DNA of 64,000 nt, taken from positions 248,001-312,000 of the forward strand of contig CM022668.1 of the NCBI GenBank assembly GCA_012295275.1. The letters run 5' to 3'. A program made the position numbers and the translations under genes. Under the pieces are notes generated by a model. The model did not search any database. It saw nothing but the letters and a program-made list of their open reading frames with translations, and was not told where the DNA came from. The DNA comes from Chrysomallon squamiferum (Eukaryota > Animalia > Mollusca). The stretch's first letter is position 1, and every line of letters starts with the position of its first letter. This document shows positions 41,769 through 55,040 of this stretch, piece by piece.

Positions 41769-44700
41769 ATGTATGTATGTACCTAATTGATTATTCCTGT
41801 TATTTCAGATTTATTACTAATAATTAAAATAGGAATGTGCTTGTTTGTAATTGAAATGTCTCTGTAATCTATAATAATAAAAACAACAATAAATAAATGA
41901 AAATAAAAATACAAATATTAATTATAATTTAATAATTAAGAAAAAAACAGGGTGGTTCTGTATTTCAAAATTGGATTTTAAAAAAAGGGTTAAAAGAAAA
42001 AGGATAATTTAAATATAATATATGATTTGAAATTAAACAGTAACAAACACCATGAATAATAAGAGAAAAATTGTTTGTGTTTTAGGTTTGGGAACCAGCA
42101 CAGCAAAGGAAGCCAAGGAATATTTCTCTGATATGGATCGACACAGAATATTGTTCAAGTATGCAGGTGCAGAAGATGACTCATCAATTCAGTTGGCATT
42201 CAGTAAAAAGAAGATAGAAGAAAGGAAGGAGTGGTTGACTAACTGGATGGAAGACAGAAAAAGACGAACAGAGATGGGACTTCCAGAGGTAAATAAATCT
42301 TTCTAATGAGTACTGAAATAACATTTGAAAATTAAGAAGAATTTTGTTTTTAAAATTTACCTGTTTAGGTAGGTGGGTGTGTGTGTGTGTGTAAAGCCAT
42401 GTTTTTATAATCTATCTCTGATTATCTAAATAGTTATATGTTAGGCTGTATTTCTATGATCTGTGTATGTGTTAGTATGTTAAGCCCTGGTTTTAGCATC
42501 TTTCTGTATCTCTGTTTATCAGCTAAGGAGATAAAAATTATGCATGAAGATTTTATTTATAAACTTATTTTTAATGTTTACCTTCTAGTGAATAAATTCA
42601 TCTGTATTAAAAGGAATGCATTTTATCTAAAAGACACATTTGATATAAATGTAATATTTGTTTTGTTGTTGCCTCATTTACAAAATATTGTGTGCAAAAA
42701 AATATTATAATTATTGTCGTTTCATGACAACTATATAAAAACTATTTTTGTATTTCCAGATTTACTTGTATGGAAAGGAAACCAAGCGGGTCGTCTTTAA
42801 TGAGTTCATCAACCGTGAATTGATTCTTTTCAGCAACATGGACAATGTCAGGTCGATTCCATCACTTGTTGATGGCTTCAAACCAGGTCAGAGGAAGGTC
42901 ATCTTTGCCTGTTTCAAGAGAAATCTCATCAAGGAAATCAAAGTGGCACAACTTGCTGGTTCTGTGTCAGAAATTTCAGCCTACCATCATGGCGAGGTAA
43001 TTTAGATATTTGTTTCTGAGTTTCTCAAGGCTAAATTTAGTAAATGGAACATTCTTCAGTTTTATAATGTAAAATAGCTGTCTACAGAGCCACAAGAACA
43101 CTTTAACATTATTTTTAAAAATCTATATTTGGAAGTATTGAATATTTTTACTTTCAGGTTTCCTTGATGGGTACAATTATCAACTTGGCTCAGAATTTTG
43201 TTGGTTCCAACAACTTGAACTTGCTGCTTCCCATTGGTCAGTTTGGTACTCGTCTCCATGGTGGCAAGGATGCAGCCAGTCCAAGATATATCTTCACTGC
43301 TCTGAGGTAAGTTATTACCAGATAATTCACAAATATGTTCTGCTAATGATTTGAATTCTTTGCAACTTAACAACCTGTCAGTGCTTTTAATATCACTATC
43401 TATGAGTCAGTATAACTGAATTTTGACTGGGAAAGAGTGGAGTGTTTTTAAATTATTTTTGTTTTGTTTCTCAGTCGACTGACTCGCCTTATATTCAATA
43501 ACCATGATGATCCATTGCTGAAACCCAACTACGATGACAGCATGAAGGTTGAGCCTGAGTGGTACTGTCCCATCCTTCCCATGGTCCTTGTGAATGGTGC
43601 TGAGGGAATTGGCACAGGCTGGAGTACAAAGATACCAAATTATGATATCCGGGAAATTGTAGCAAACCTCAAACGACTGCTGGATGGGCTGGACCCATTA
43701 CCAATGGTATGAAAACATTAAACTGGCTAAATGATAACACATCTTCTGGCTTCTTTTCTTGTGGAAATCTCTGATCAAGATGTTTAAATGCCATTCGTGT
43801 TAAATTTAAACATTTTGAAAATTGGTAAAATATAGTTATAATAACTTAATAACAATGTCATGTGTATTATTCCAGTGGATACATAGAGAAAAGTTTAAGA
43901 AATGTATTCAAAACATATTTAAAATTTGTTCTTAACACTCACTTAAAGATTGACAATAATTTGAAAGTTTTTTATTCTATTTTATACACTCAAAAACAAT
44001 TAATTATATTTCTAATGTTTAGTATTCATTATATTTGATTTGCTATTAGCACACCTGCTCATTTTGGACTAAAGCATCAAATATTCTTGCTCTGTGAAAT
44101 TTATTATTTATATTAATCAGATCCCATCATACAAGAATTTCAAGGGAACTATCGAGGAGTTGTCAGAAAATCGTTATGTTGTCAGTGGTGAAATCTCCAT
44201 CATTGATGACAACACCATAGAAATCTCTGAGTTGCCAATAAGAACGTGGACACAAAACTACAAGGAAGAAGTGTTGGAACCAATGTTACATGGAACTGAT
44301 AAAACTCCAGCTATTATCACGTTAGTAGAAAACAGTTTTAATATTTCTGCTGGATAACATGTGGATAAAGTAAACAGTTGATTATAATTATTGTTGATAA
44401 ATCAGTTTTTATAGTTTTAATTATTAAATCATATATTGCATTGTAGATTATATATCAGCATTCCAGTTAACTTTGAGAAGAAATGTTAATTAGGTTTGTA
44501 ATGTATTATGAATATTATAAAATGGAATGCTAACTGAGGTGTGAAAAAAAGAAAGAAACTTGCAATTTATAAAATAAAAAATCTGTTTTATTCATGGAAG
44601 CCAAATGATTTATGGATTATATACTGTATGACACAGTTAATAATGAATTGTTTATAGAGATTACAAGGAGTACCACACAGATACAACTGTCAAATTTGTT

Positions 44701-47700
44701 GTGAAGATGGATGCAGAGAAAATGGCAGCTGCTGAACAGACAGGATTACACAAAGTTTTCAAACTGCAGACAACAATCTCTACAAACAGCATGGTGTGTT
44801 GTTCTTTACATATTTAGAAGTTGTTGCACAAACTTGCCAGAAAAAGCGAGCTAAATGTAATTTCTGGCTTTTAACAATGAAATGATTGGTTTGTTACTAA
44901 CTTTCTTTGTTGTTTATGAAAGTTGAAATTGCTGAGGAGATTTTCTTATTTATTTCATTTTTCTGTTTATAAAACTGAGCTATTCTGATAGAGTAGAAGT
45001 TTCTTTTAGGGGACTAAATTACTCTTTGAGTTTCCTAAGATAATCAGTTTTTTAAATGTGCATGTTCTTTATTTGTTAGAAATTATTTGCCCATAATGAT
45101 TAAAAATATAAGGATAATTGTTTTAAAAAACTTCAGTATGTTTTCTGTTGTATACTAAAGTTAATGCAAAAGAAGTAATTTATAGACATTATTTGTGTTT
45201 AGGTTCTGTTTGATCACAATGGTTGTATACGCAAGTTCAGTGTGGTGGAAGAGATATTGAAGGAGTTTTTTGAGGTTCGACTAGACATGTATAAAAAGAG
45301 AAAGGCATATCTAGATGGCATGCTTGCTGCAGAATCACTCAAGATGGACAATATTGCCCGCTTCATCCTCGAAAAGATTGAAGGAACAATAGTCATTGGT
45401 GAGTTGACATGACTAATACTTTCTGAGAAAGTCAGTAGTTTTTACAGACAGCAAAATATATGTAAAAATAATTACAAACAAAATTTCAACTGCTGTTGGT
45501 GGAAAAATATTTCTTAATAAAATATGTTAATCAATGGGATTTATGGGAAGAGCATGGAGGCAAACCAGATAGGGTAGCCACAGTGTTTTATTGCTATGGA
45601 GATCGTCTAAATTTTAAGGCACTAAGGCAAGTACAGAAGGAAGCCATGGCACTTACCGTCGGTGCTTTGGTAAAATTTGAAGCCTATATATAGTATCAGC
45701 GACCTAATTAACACTACTTAATGACTATGAAACATGGATATGTTTTACATTTTTCGGACTTTTAGTGTACATATAATATAACCAGCCTGTGCGTGGCAAA
45801 ATTGCCATAAATTCTGTTTATTAGTTGGCCAAGTTGCTGTAAATTTTATGTGCAATGTGAAAGGATTTGCACTGTTTAAAATGACTATATGTTTATATTC
45901 TTAATAAGTTGGTTGCTTGTTTTTTGTCTTTGTTCACTTTTAGTGTGTGTGTGTGTGTATAAATATATTACATAAGTACCTCGAAGTATATTAAAGAATT
46001 AATGGTAATAAGTTTAAAAAAAGATACTGTGATATGTGTGTGTATATATATATATATATATATAAATGTTACTTAAAAGGACTACAATCATTTGATGTTT
46101 ATAATCACCTGCAATACATAAACTAAGTTAATCCTTACACCATACTCATTTGAAGACGAAAGGCAAAGTTTTCTCAGCTTTGTATTTGGTGTGGTTTGAC
46201 TGCAAACAAAAGTTACCTATCATATGACTATTGTTGATATTTTTTTCTGATGGAGCTAATCAACACTTGAAGCAAACATAATCTAAATTTTAATACTAAT
46301 CAATACATCATAATGTTGTGTTGTATAGTTTGGTTATGTTTATGATTCTTAATTTGCCCTTATAACAAGAATTTTGATAATAACCAGAAGACAGTAATTG
46401 GCATATCACGAAGTTGAATCTTTTAAGAACATAATTATACACACATACACACACAAACATTGGTCTTAATTTTTATGTAATAAAACTTTGATGTACCTTC
46501 ATAGATTTGGCCTTCATTCTTGGGAAATATTTAAATTTTATTATTATATTTAAAAAAAAAAACAATTTTTATGGATGAAAGTTTGTGTGTCTGAGAAAAT
46601 ATAGGAAATTTTAAAATTGTTTTAAACAGAAAACAAACAGAAGAAGGATATCATTCAGATGTTAGTGCGAAAAGGGTATGAGTCAGATCCAGTCAAAGCC
46701 TGGAAAGACTCGCAGAGTAAAGACAAGGTAAAATTATTTTCATTTACATTTCTCATAGTTAAATTTAGCTGCAATGTGGGTATCAGCAGCCTAGCTGATA
46801 TAATTGGTCAAACTTAAAAGTTCAGATTTTGTCCATTTTCCTCCACTCCCAAATCTCTTCTGTAAAACATACCATAAAAACAAAATACATGGAAATGCAG
46901 ATCATTATGTGCTTTTTAAAAGGTGATATTGTTTTTATTGTGTGTTAAACCAGTTCTTTGTATGGTCAGCAATTACCAGCGTGGAATAAAAGGTCCTAAA
47001 ATATAGGGTAGCTATACAAATATCTGGCTTGTCTTCGCAAAAATGGCTTCAATGTTATTTTTAGCATAGCTAGGAGGGTCAAAGTTCGATTTTTCTAACA
47101 GTGTCCATGCCGTTCCTGGCATTGGTTAATATCAAAAGTTGTGTCCAAGAATGTACTTTCTCTTTCCTTCAAACCAGTTCTAAAATAAAAAAAAATTTCA
47201 CATTTTATGTGAAATTAAAGTCAGAAAAATTTTGCCTGCCGATACCTATTTATAGGAGTAGTTTTGACAAACAAATTATTTGAACATTTTCTGTACCATT
47301 CCTTCATTTAACTTGCACTAGTTATGCTGATTCCCACCATACCTTTCACAAATGCTGGGGAGACCATTGTTTGCCGTAGAGACAGTTTAGTTTATTCCGG
47401 TGTAAGCATTAACTTTTAATGTAAAATATTGTTCAGTCATGAGTAAAATATGCCAATATGTTTTTACAATATGATGTTTTTTTTCAGTTTTCTATTCAAA
47501 TATAGTTACAGTGGTTAATTATTATGTATACTCTTCAAATATTACGCACTATGAAGCAGAGTTTAACAATATTATTCCTGCTTTGTCATTCAACAGTTTG
47601 GTCTAGTTGATATTAGGTCAGGTGTAGTAAGTTCTAAGACATACTAGTCTAGTAATTAAAAAAATTAACGTTGAACCCTGCAATGTCCAGAAATTAATTC

Positions 47701-50700
47701 TCTGTGTTATATTTTCTCAGAATGTTGATGATGATGATGATGATGATGGTGATACTGAAAGTTCAGCATCAACTAGTGGTGGCCCTGACTTCAACTACAT
47801 TCTTAGTATGCCACTGTGGAACCTCACAAAAGAGAAGAAAGATGAACTGTGTAAACAAAGAGATGCTAAGGTCACTATTTTGCTTTTTAACTATTTTTAT
47901 TCCTGTTAAGTCACAGTTAACAAAATGATGCCATGGTGAATATTTTATTATTTCAAATATTTTCATTATTATTAAAACAAAATAAAACAGTATTTATATT
48001 TACAGTTTTATTTCTTATTTTAACTGTTTTCATTATTGTAAAGATGAGATATGCTAAAGGAATTGTATTAATATATGTACTATTTCAAATTTAATAAAAT
48101 GTTATGAAGTATTATATATTTTAATTTCTTATATCAGTGTTACATTCCTTGATTTATTAATATGATTGACAGTGTGCATTGCAGTCTACTTGCAAATATT
48201 TTAACAGCCTACTGAAGTGGTTAATACAAGTTATTAGACAGAATCTTCATTCAGCTGTGTAAAATAAAATAAAATTACACTTCAGGCAAAGGAACTCCAA
48301 ATTCTTCGTAGTAAGACATACTGTGACTTGTGGAAAGAAGATCTGGAGGAATTCCTCAAAATACTTGATGTGAGTTCGACAGTCTGATTAAATAGTCTAA
48401 TAAATTCTTATATACTTCCAAGTTATTGTTTTATTGTTCAGGGCAGTATGTTAGTACTTGTACCAAAGTACGACAGTAAAATAAAACTGTTGTAAAAAAA
48501 ATTTGAATGCTACTATTTTATCTCTTCTCAAACAGAACTTGTAAGGTGGTTGTTGCATAGTAGACTGATAGATAAAACTTTACAGCGAATTGGTCCATCA
48601 TGCTTGTGCAGTGATGTCATTAAAAACAGCAGTGCCAAGTTATTTTTAAATTACTTACTTGTTACCTTTCAGAATGAACATTATTATCATTAACAACATT
48701 ATTGTTATTATTGTCGTCATCATCATTATTATTCAGGAAGTTGAACAACAAGAGAGAGATGACAACATAGTAAATTTTAAGTCAAAGGTATTGAAGGGTA
48801 AATCAGGAAAGCCTCGTAAGATTGTGGAGGAAGTTTTACCGTCACCACTGGGAACCCGAGTTGAGCCAAGAATTGACTCCAGTATGAAGATCAAAGCAGA
48901 GAAAGATGCAGCAAAGAAGCTGAAAAAGATTACTGTTAAGTTTTTGTTTGTTTGTTTGGTGTTTGTTTTTTTAGTTTATTTATTTAAAAGAATGATACCT
49001 AAACATTTCTGTGTCTGAGAAATTATAGGAAATAGTAAAATATATTTATGCTAAATGAAGAAATCTATTTTCAGAATATTGGTTCCATAATGCTCTGGGA
49101 AAATTGGGCTATCTGACAGTGTGCAGAATTTTGAATTTCAATGGAGTTTACCAGAAACATGCATCAAAAATAAAACCTGGAAATAAACATAGAAATTGAC
49201 TAAAATGTGTAAATTTCAGTGACACCTCACAAAATGCATTTTTTTTGGAACATAATAAAATTTATTTGGGCTTTTTAAGTTGTATGAATAGAAAGCTGAA
49301 TAATTTTTCTAAATGGTTGTGTCAAAATCTCAACAATGATTTTTTTGTTTTCAAAGTTTGTCATTTTTCAACCAGCATGTCACTTTAAATCATGCCTAGT
49401 GGCTCAAATGTTTTGTTTTGCTGTTTTGTTAAACATTCATGTATGTTTAGCTATATAGTATTAATAAAAATAATTTGTTATTATTTGTGTTGTATATTCA
49501 GTGTAAGAAGGAGTTGAAAATGGATACAGACACTGGAGATGGACAGACACTGGATTCCGATTGCATTAAGAACGAGAACATCAAACAAGAAAATGGCAAT
49601 GACGAGCCAAAAAGTCTCACAGAGCGTTTAGCTGCTGCTGGAAAGAAAACTACTTTACCCAAAACATCAGCTCCTGCAAAAGGTGTCGGTACTTTCTGTT
49701 TTTTTATGATTATTATATTATTAATTTATTAAATTTACAATATATGGAAATGTGCAGCGTTTATTCAAAATGATATATGAGAAATACTAAGAGTTCACCA
49801 TCCTGTGAATGATGACAGAAAATTAATCAAATTACAATAGTGATCTTTTTTAAAACAAACAAATTTAGATATTTGCAATAATAAATATATCTCTTTATAT
49901 GTAATTTTTTATTTTAAAGAAAAGAAAAGTAATTATTTTGTTTAAAACATTTAGAATAGATACAGAGATTAAAAATGATGGCCTGTTGTTACAGGTCGCA
50001 AACCGAAGGCAACTTCTCCGTTGACCAAGAAGAAGAAGAAAAAGAGATTTGACTCTGATGTGTCGATCAGTGCCAGTGACATGTCTGATCTGGAAAATGG
50101 GGATGATAGCTTTGCATCAAACGCACGTCGAGAAAGAGACATTCCACGAAGAGCTGCAGGTATTCTATTTGTCACCCTTTGAGTGTGTGTATGAACATTT
50201 GTGTGTTAAAGTAAGTGCCGGCAGCCTAGCCGATATAATTGGTCAGACTTAAAAGTTCAGATTGTGTCCATTTTCCTCCACTCCCAAATTCCTTCTATAA
50301 AACATACCATAAAAACCAAATGCACGGAGACAGTGTTCTTTTTATTGTTTGTTAAACCAGTCCTCTGCACGAAAGTTAAACATGGTGGGGATAAATGCAC
50401 TTTGGTGTGCGTGGTCATCAATTAACAGCATGGAATAAAAAGTCCTAAAATAGGGTCGCTCTACAAAGTCCTGGCTTGTCTGCAAAAATGGCATCAATAT
50501 TATTTTTAGCACAGTTGAGAGGGTCAAAGTTCAGTCTTTCTAACAGTGTGCATGTTGTCGCTGGCAATGGTTTGTATCAAAAGTTGTGTCCAAGAATGTA
50601 CTTTCTCTTTCCTTCAAACCAGTTCTAAAAGAAAGAAAGGCTGAAAATAAAACCTACATTCGCTCATTAAATTACCTTTCAAACAACATGCGACACATTG

Positions 50701-53700
50701 GTGTGCCTTCTTTGGCATAGAGAAGCTCCACATTTGAAAGTAGTGCGTGGTTAGCAAAATTGCTATCAAATGACGTTTTCTTCCATTCTGAAACCAAGAA
50801 AAAAGAAAACCTCGCAGAAGAGACCAGTATTTGTCGATTCTGATGAGTCGGATGATAGTTTTGTTACAAAAAAATACCGAAATCACCATAGATTTTATGT
50901 ACAGCTGGAAAGGTCTGGGGCTGTTTAAAAAGATTATATTTATATGGTGTTTATATTTTTAATAACTTGTTGCCTGTATGGTTTTCTTCAATGTTCCTAC
51001 TTTTAGCATATGGGTCATTCCATGTCAAATCGCCCCCCCAAAAAAAGAAATTTAAACCCGACCGTCTCAGATTTTTATGAAACTTGGTATACTTGTTGAC
51101 TGGGATCCCACAGCACCAAATCTGAAATTTTAGCTCAATCAGACCAGTGTTGTGGGAGATACGGCCCACTGAATTTTGAGATTTTTGCCAAAAATGGGTG
51201 TGACCACCAACCTTAGAACCCTCATATCTCAGGAACTTTTATATGTTTTAGTTAACATGTGGGAGATTAAATTTCAATAAAGGTCATCTCAAGATCATGT
51301 GATCCACACGGTCAATTTCAAGGTCATAGCAAAGGTCAAAAGGTCAAGGTACTCCAATATTTTCCAAACTAAACAAAAATGGCAGATTTGGAATCCTTGT
51401 CATTTTGCCTTTCTAACAATACCAGTTTTATGAAGATTGGCCCAGTTGTTCCTGAGATATGAGGGTTCTAAGGTTGGTGGTCACACCCATTTTTGGCAAA
51501 AATCTCAAAATTCGGTGGGCCGTATCTCCCACAACACTGGTCTGATTGAGCTAAAATTTCAGATTTGGTGCTGTGGGATCCCAGTCAACAAGTATACCAA
51601 GTTTCATAAAAATCTGAGACGGTCGGGTTTAAACCATTGGGTGATTTGACACGGAATGACCCATATACATTATAGCACATGCATAGCAAAATCACTGTAA
51701 ATTGTTTCCTACCTGGCGAAATCACTGTGGATTTCATGTGCAGCTAAAAAGTATTGGTGCTGTATTATATTTTTAATAACTTGTAGGATGCATATTTTTT
51801 TATATGTTATGACTTTCACTGAATATAATATGAATACATTCTGAAATAAATGAATTAACATTGTGTTTTGCCGATTACTATCTTCTGTTCTGAAACAGTC
51901 AATTATTTTGCTTTCAAAATTCTTGCGATATACAGCGAATTAAGAATTGTAAACATAACAAACTATATTCTATAACAGAACAGTGTATTCAGAGATATTG
52001 ATGGAATGCTGAATAAAAAACTAATCACTTTTTTTAATATCATAAAATCATCAGTTTTAAAACAGATTATTTTTGCTTGTTGATAAGCTCTCTCAGAAAA
52101 TTTCAACAATGGTCAGATGATAGGTAACTTGTGTTTGCTGTCAAATCACAGCAAGTACAAAGCTAAGAAAATTATTTAATCTGCTTCAAATGACAGACTT
52201 ACCACACCTGTGTCTTTAATGGCATCTAGTCTCATGATTACATACATTTTATTGTCACTGATTAATAGCTGCAACACCTTTCTGGAGTAGACTTCATTAT
52301 TAGCTGAGTTTATGTATTGCAGAGGATTATAGTTCAACATCAAATGTTTGTAATCCTTTTAACAATTATATATTTATATATATATATATATGTGTGATAT
52401 CTACACATCACAGTATCGTAGCTTATTACTTATAATTATTTAATAAATAAAGTGAAAATTCAAGCTGCTTATGTAAATAAAGTTGTGCTGTTCTACATAA
52501 AGGTGTTTAACCCATATCAGTTAGGGTTCTTTGTTGATTTTCTTTTAATTGGCTGCTCTTCAAACTGTAAACAACAATAAATAAATTTTAAATTATAATT
52601 AATTCTTGCTGAAACTACCCAGACTTGTTTTCTCAATGTTTTGAGGCTTACAGTGCCAAAACATATATCATTGCTGTGGACTGAACTGTGCACTAACTCA
52701 CATTTTTACTTCAAAATTGAAAAGATAATTTTGTTTATTAAAAATGTATGTCATTTGAAAGATCTTGACAAATTGTCCACCAAACTGGTTGAATTTTTCA
52801 AATAAGACCAAAACTGAAATCACAGTGTATGTTCGCACTTTTACTCATTTTAGGAGCATTCTGCCTCATCATTTTGAAAATTTTGGCATGTTTAGCATAT
52901 TATTGTGAATACAAATACAAACATACAGGTCTGAAAAAAATTGACTTGATTTAACAACTGGTCCTAGCACTGTTTTTGATTTTAAGTCTTTTGTATCGGT
53001 TTTGTTTCAAACTACACTTGGCCAACGTTGCCCTTACTGATGATGTGCCAAAATATGGTTGAAAACGGACCAAATATCTGTTGCTTTCATTTTGTGCTAA
53101 TGTTCTTGCATATTATATGAATCTGAAGTGACTTTTCTGCTGTTGCACATATTTGAAGAGAGAGCCATTCTATAAAGATAATTTGTCTATGAATATGTCA
53201 GTGTGTGAATTTTTGTTTCATTTCTTATACATCTCAAACCCATTCTGTAAAAAGCTGCATGTGTATGTCAGTCTGTGGGTTTGAAATTTTATTTCCACAC
53301 ACCTCAAAGCTATTTAGTAAAACACTCTAGATAGATACTATGTTTCTGTATGAGTGTGTTTCTACAAGTTTAATATCTGATCTGTTATATGTATCAAGGA
53401 AATTCCATTACAAAAAGAGATGTTTGAAAAGCACTGAAAAGAGAAGTTTGTGGTTTGTTGTTTATATACAGTTTGTTTTAAATATTTATGTGTTAGTGAT
53501 ATTATTTTGTATATGTTTATTATCTATGTAGATGGAAATGTTTATCTACTGATGAAATCTTAATGTTTTGTATATTGTTTCTGTTTTAATATTTAGCTGC
53601 TGCTAAAGTGAAGTATGCTGACTCGGATGATGAAGAAATTAGGTCAGAATCAGAGATGTCATTTAAACCAGTTGAATCTGATTTAGAAACTGAGAGTGTG

Positions 53701-55008
53701 GTGTTAAATCCTCCTTCAGTCAGGTAAGTGTGGATATAAAAAAAAAAAAAACTGATGTGTGATGTTCTGTTGTCACAAATGTGAAATAAATTAACGTTGA
53801 AAGATCCTTATTAATTATTATTTTTAATATATTTTTATTAATAAGCAGAATGTTGACTGGAGTCTGGAATCACCAAAATCTAAAAAAATATCATTGTTGT
53901 CTTATTAACAAGGTTGTTACTGTTGTTAGATATAATGCTGACAGGTCTGCAGTGGCCAGACAGCCAGAGAGAGTACCCAGTCCTGTTATCACAGCTGACT
54001 TCTCTGATGCTGACAGTGATGATGGTGACTTCTCTATGAAGACATTCCCCACATCCACTGTGTCACAACCATCCGGTAAACATTAGAAAAGTTTAATAAT
54101 ACTGATATAAAAACTATTTTATAGACTACATTGTCTGTGTGAGTGTGTGTGTGTGTGTCTACAGCCAGCAAGAGATAAAATATACATACAGATACGCATA
54201 TATGTATATTACTTATATTGTCATGTTAATTTTGATCTTTATGCTAATTTAATCAACAGTCAGCATTTTTACAGTAAAAAAGGTATGGAATTTCCAAAGC
54301 CTTGTTTTATTTATAAAATTAAACTTTTAATGTTTTGGATTTTAACAACTTAATTTTCATTACAGTAAATTCTCAACCAGTAACTTTTGATAGCAGTAAT
54401 GATGATGACAGTGATGAAAATGATGTAGGTAAATACACTCCAAGTTATAAAGAACCAGTAAAACCTAAACTAGTGGGAAAGAAGACAAAGAAACCTTCAG
54501 CTCCTAGGAAGATTAAAAAAGGTTTGGTTTTTATTATCATATGTGATTTTTGTAAAAATTAATATCTTGTCAGAAAAATAACCATTTGGGAATGAGTCCA
54601 TGTTATTAATACTATTGTTATTTCTTGTTCGTTTATTTTATTTTATTTTATTTTATTTTTATACCAATGATGCCCACTTGTTTATTTACTTCTTAAATAA
54701 AAATATATATATTTTTTATTATTATTATTATATTCTTTTTTCCTGAATTCCTTTTTTTTTTTCCACTATACTTTTTAGTTGATCCCAAACAACCATCCAT
54801 TTCGGCAATGTTCTCAAAACCAGTTGCTAAGACAGCCAAAACAAGTAAATTAAAATCTTGGGTTCAGTTAGAGGTGTCTGATGATGATGATGATGATGAT
54901 TTTGGTTATAATGATGGTGACAATGATGTCATTAACTTATCAGGTTTGTCCCAACCCCGACCTTTGAATGATTTTTTGTAATACTGGAGATTTTCTTCTT
55001 CTTCTTCT

Positions 55009-55040
<32 letters not shown>

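Larger units (their letters stand above)
50211..53152 (+). mobile_element. Copy 3 of the TIR family, about 2.9 kb, with nested insertions
   Basis: Colinear with copy 1 from the left TIR (gtaagtgccggcagcc) to a degenerate right end. Interrupted by a TOP2 exon fragment at 50790-50875 and a MITE at 51011-51663. Confidence 0.8.

Noticed and set aside
33509-50175. Minus-strand ORFs overlapping TOP2 exons (e.g. 40266-40541, 43062-43373, 45214-45396)
   Set aside because: Antisense shadows of coding exons.
50951-51649. Two ORFs with identical peptides on opposite strands (GRISHNTGLIELKFQIWCCG...)
   Set aside because: Artefact of the MITE inverted arms; no transposase motifs.
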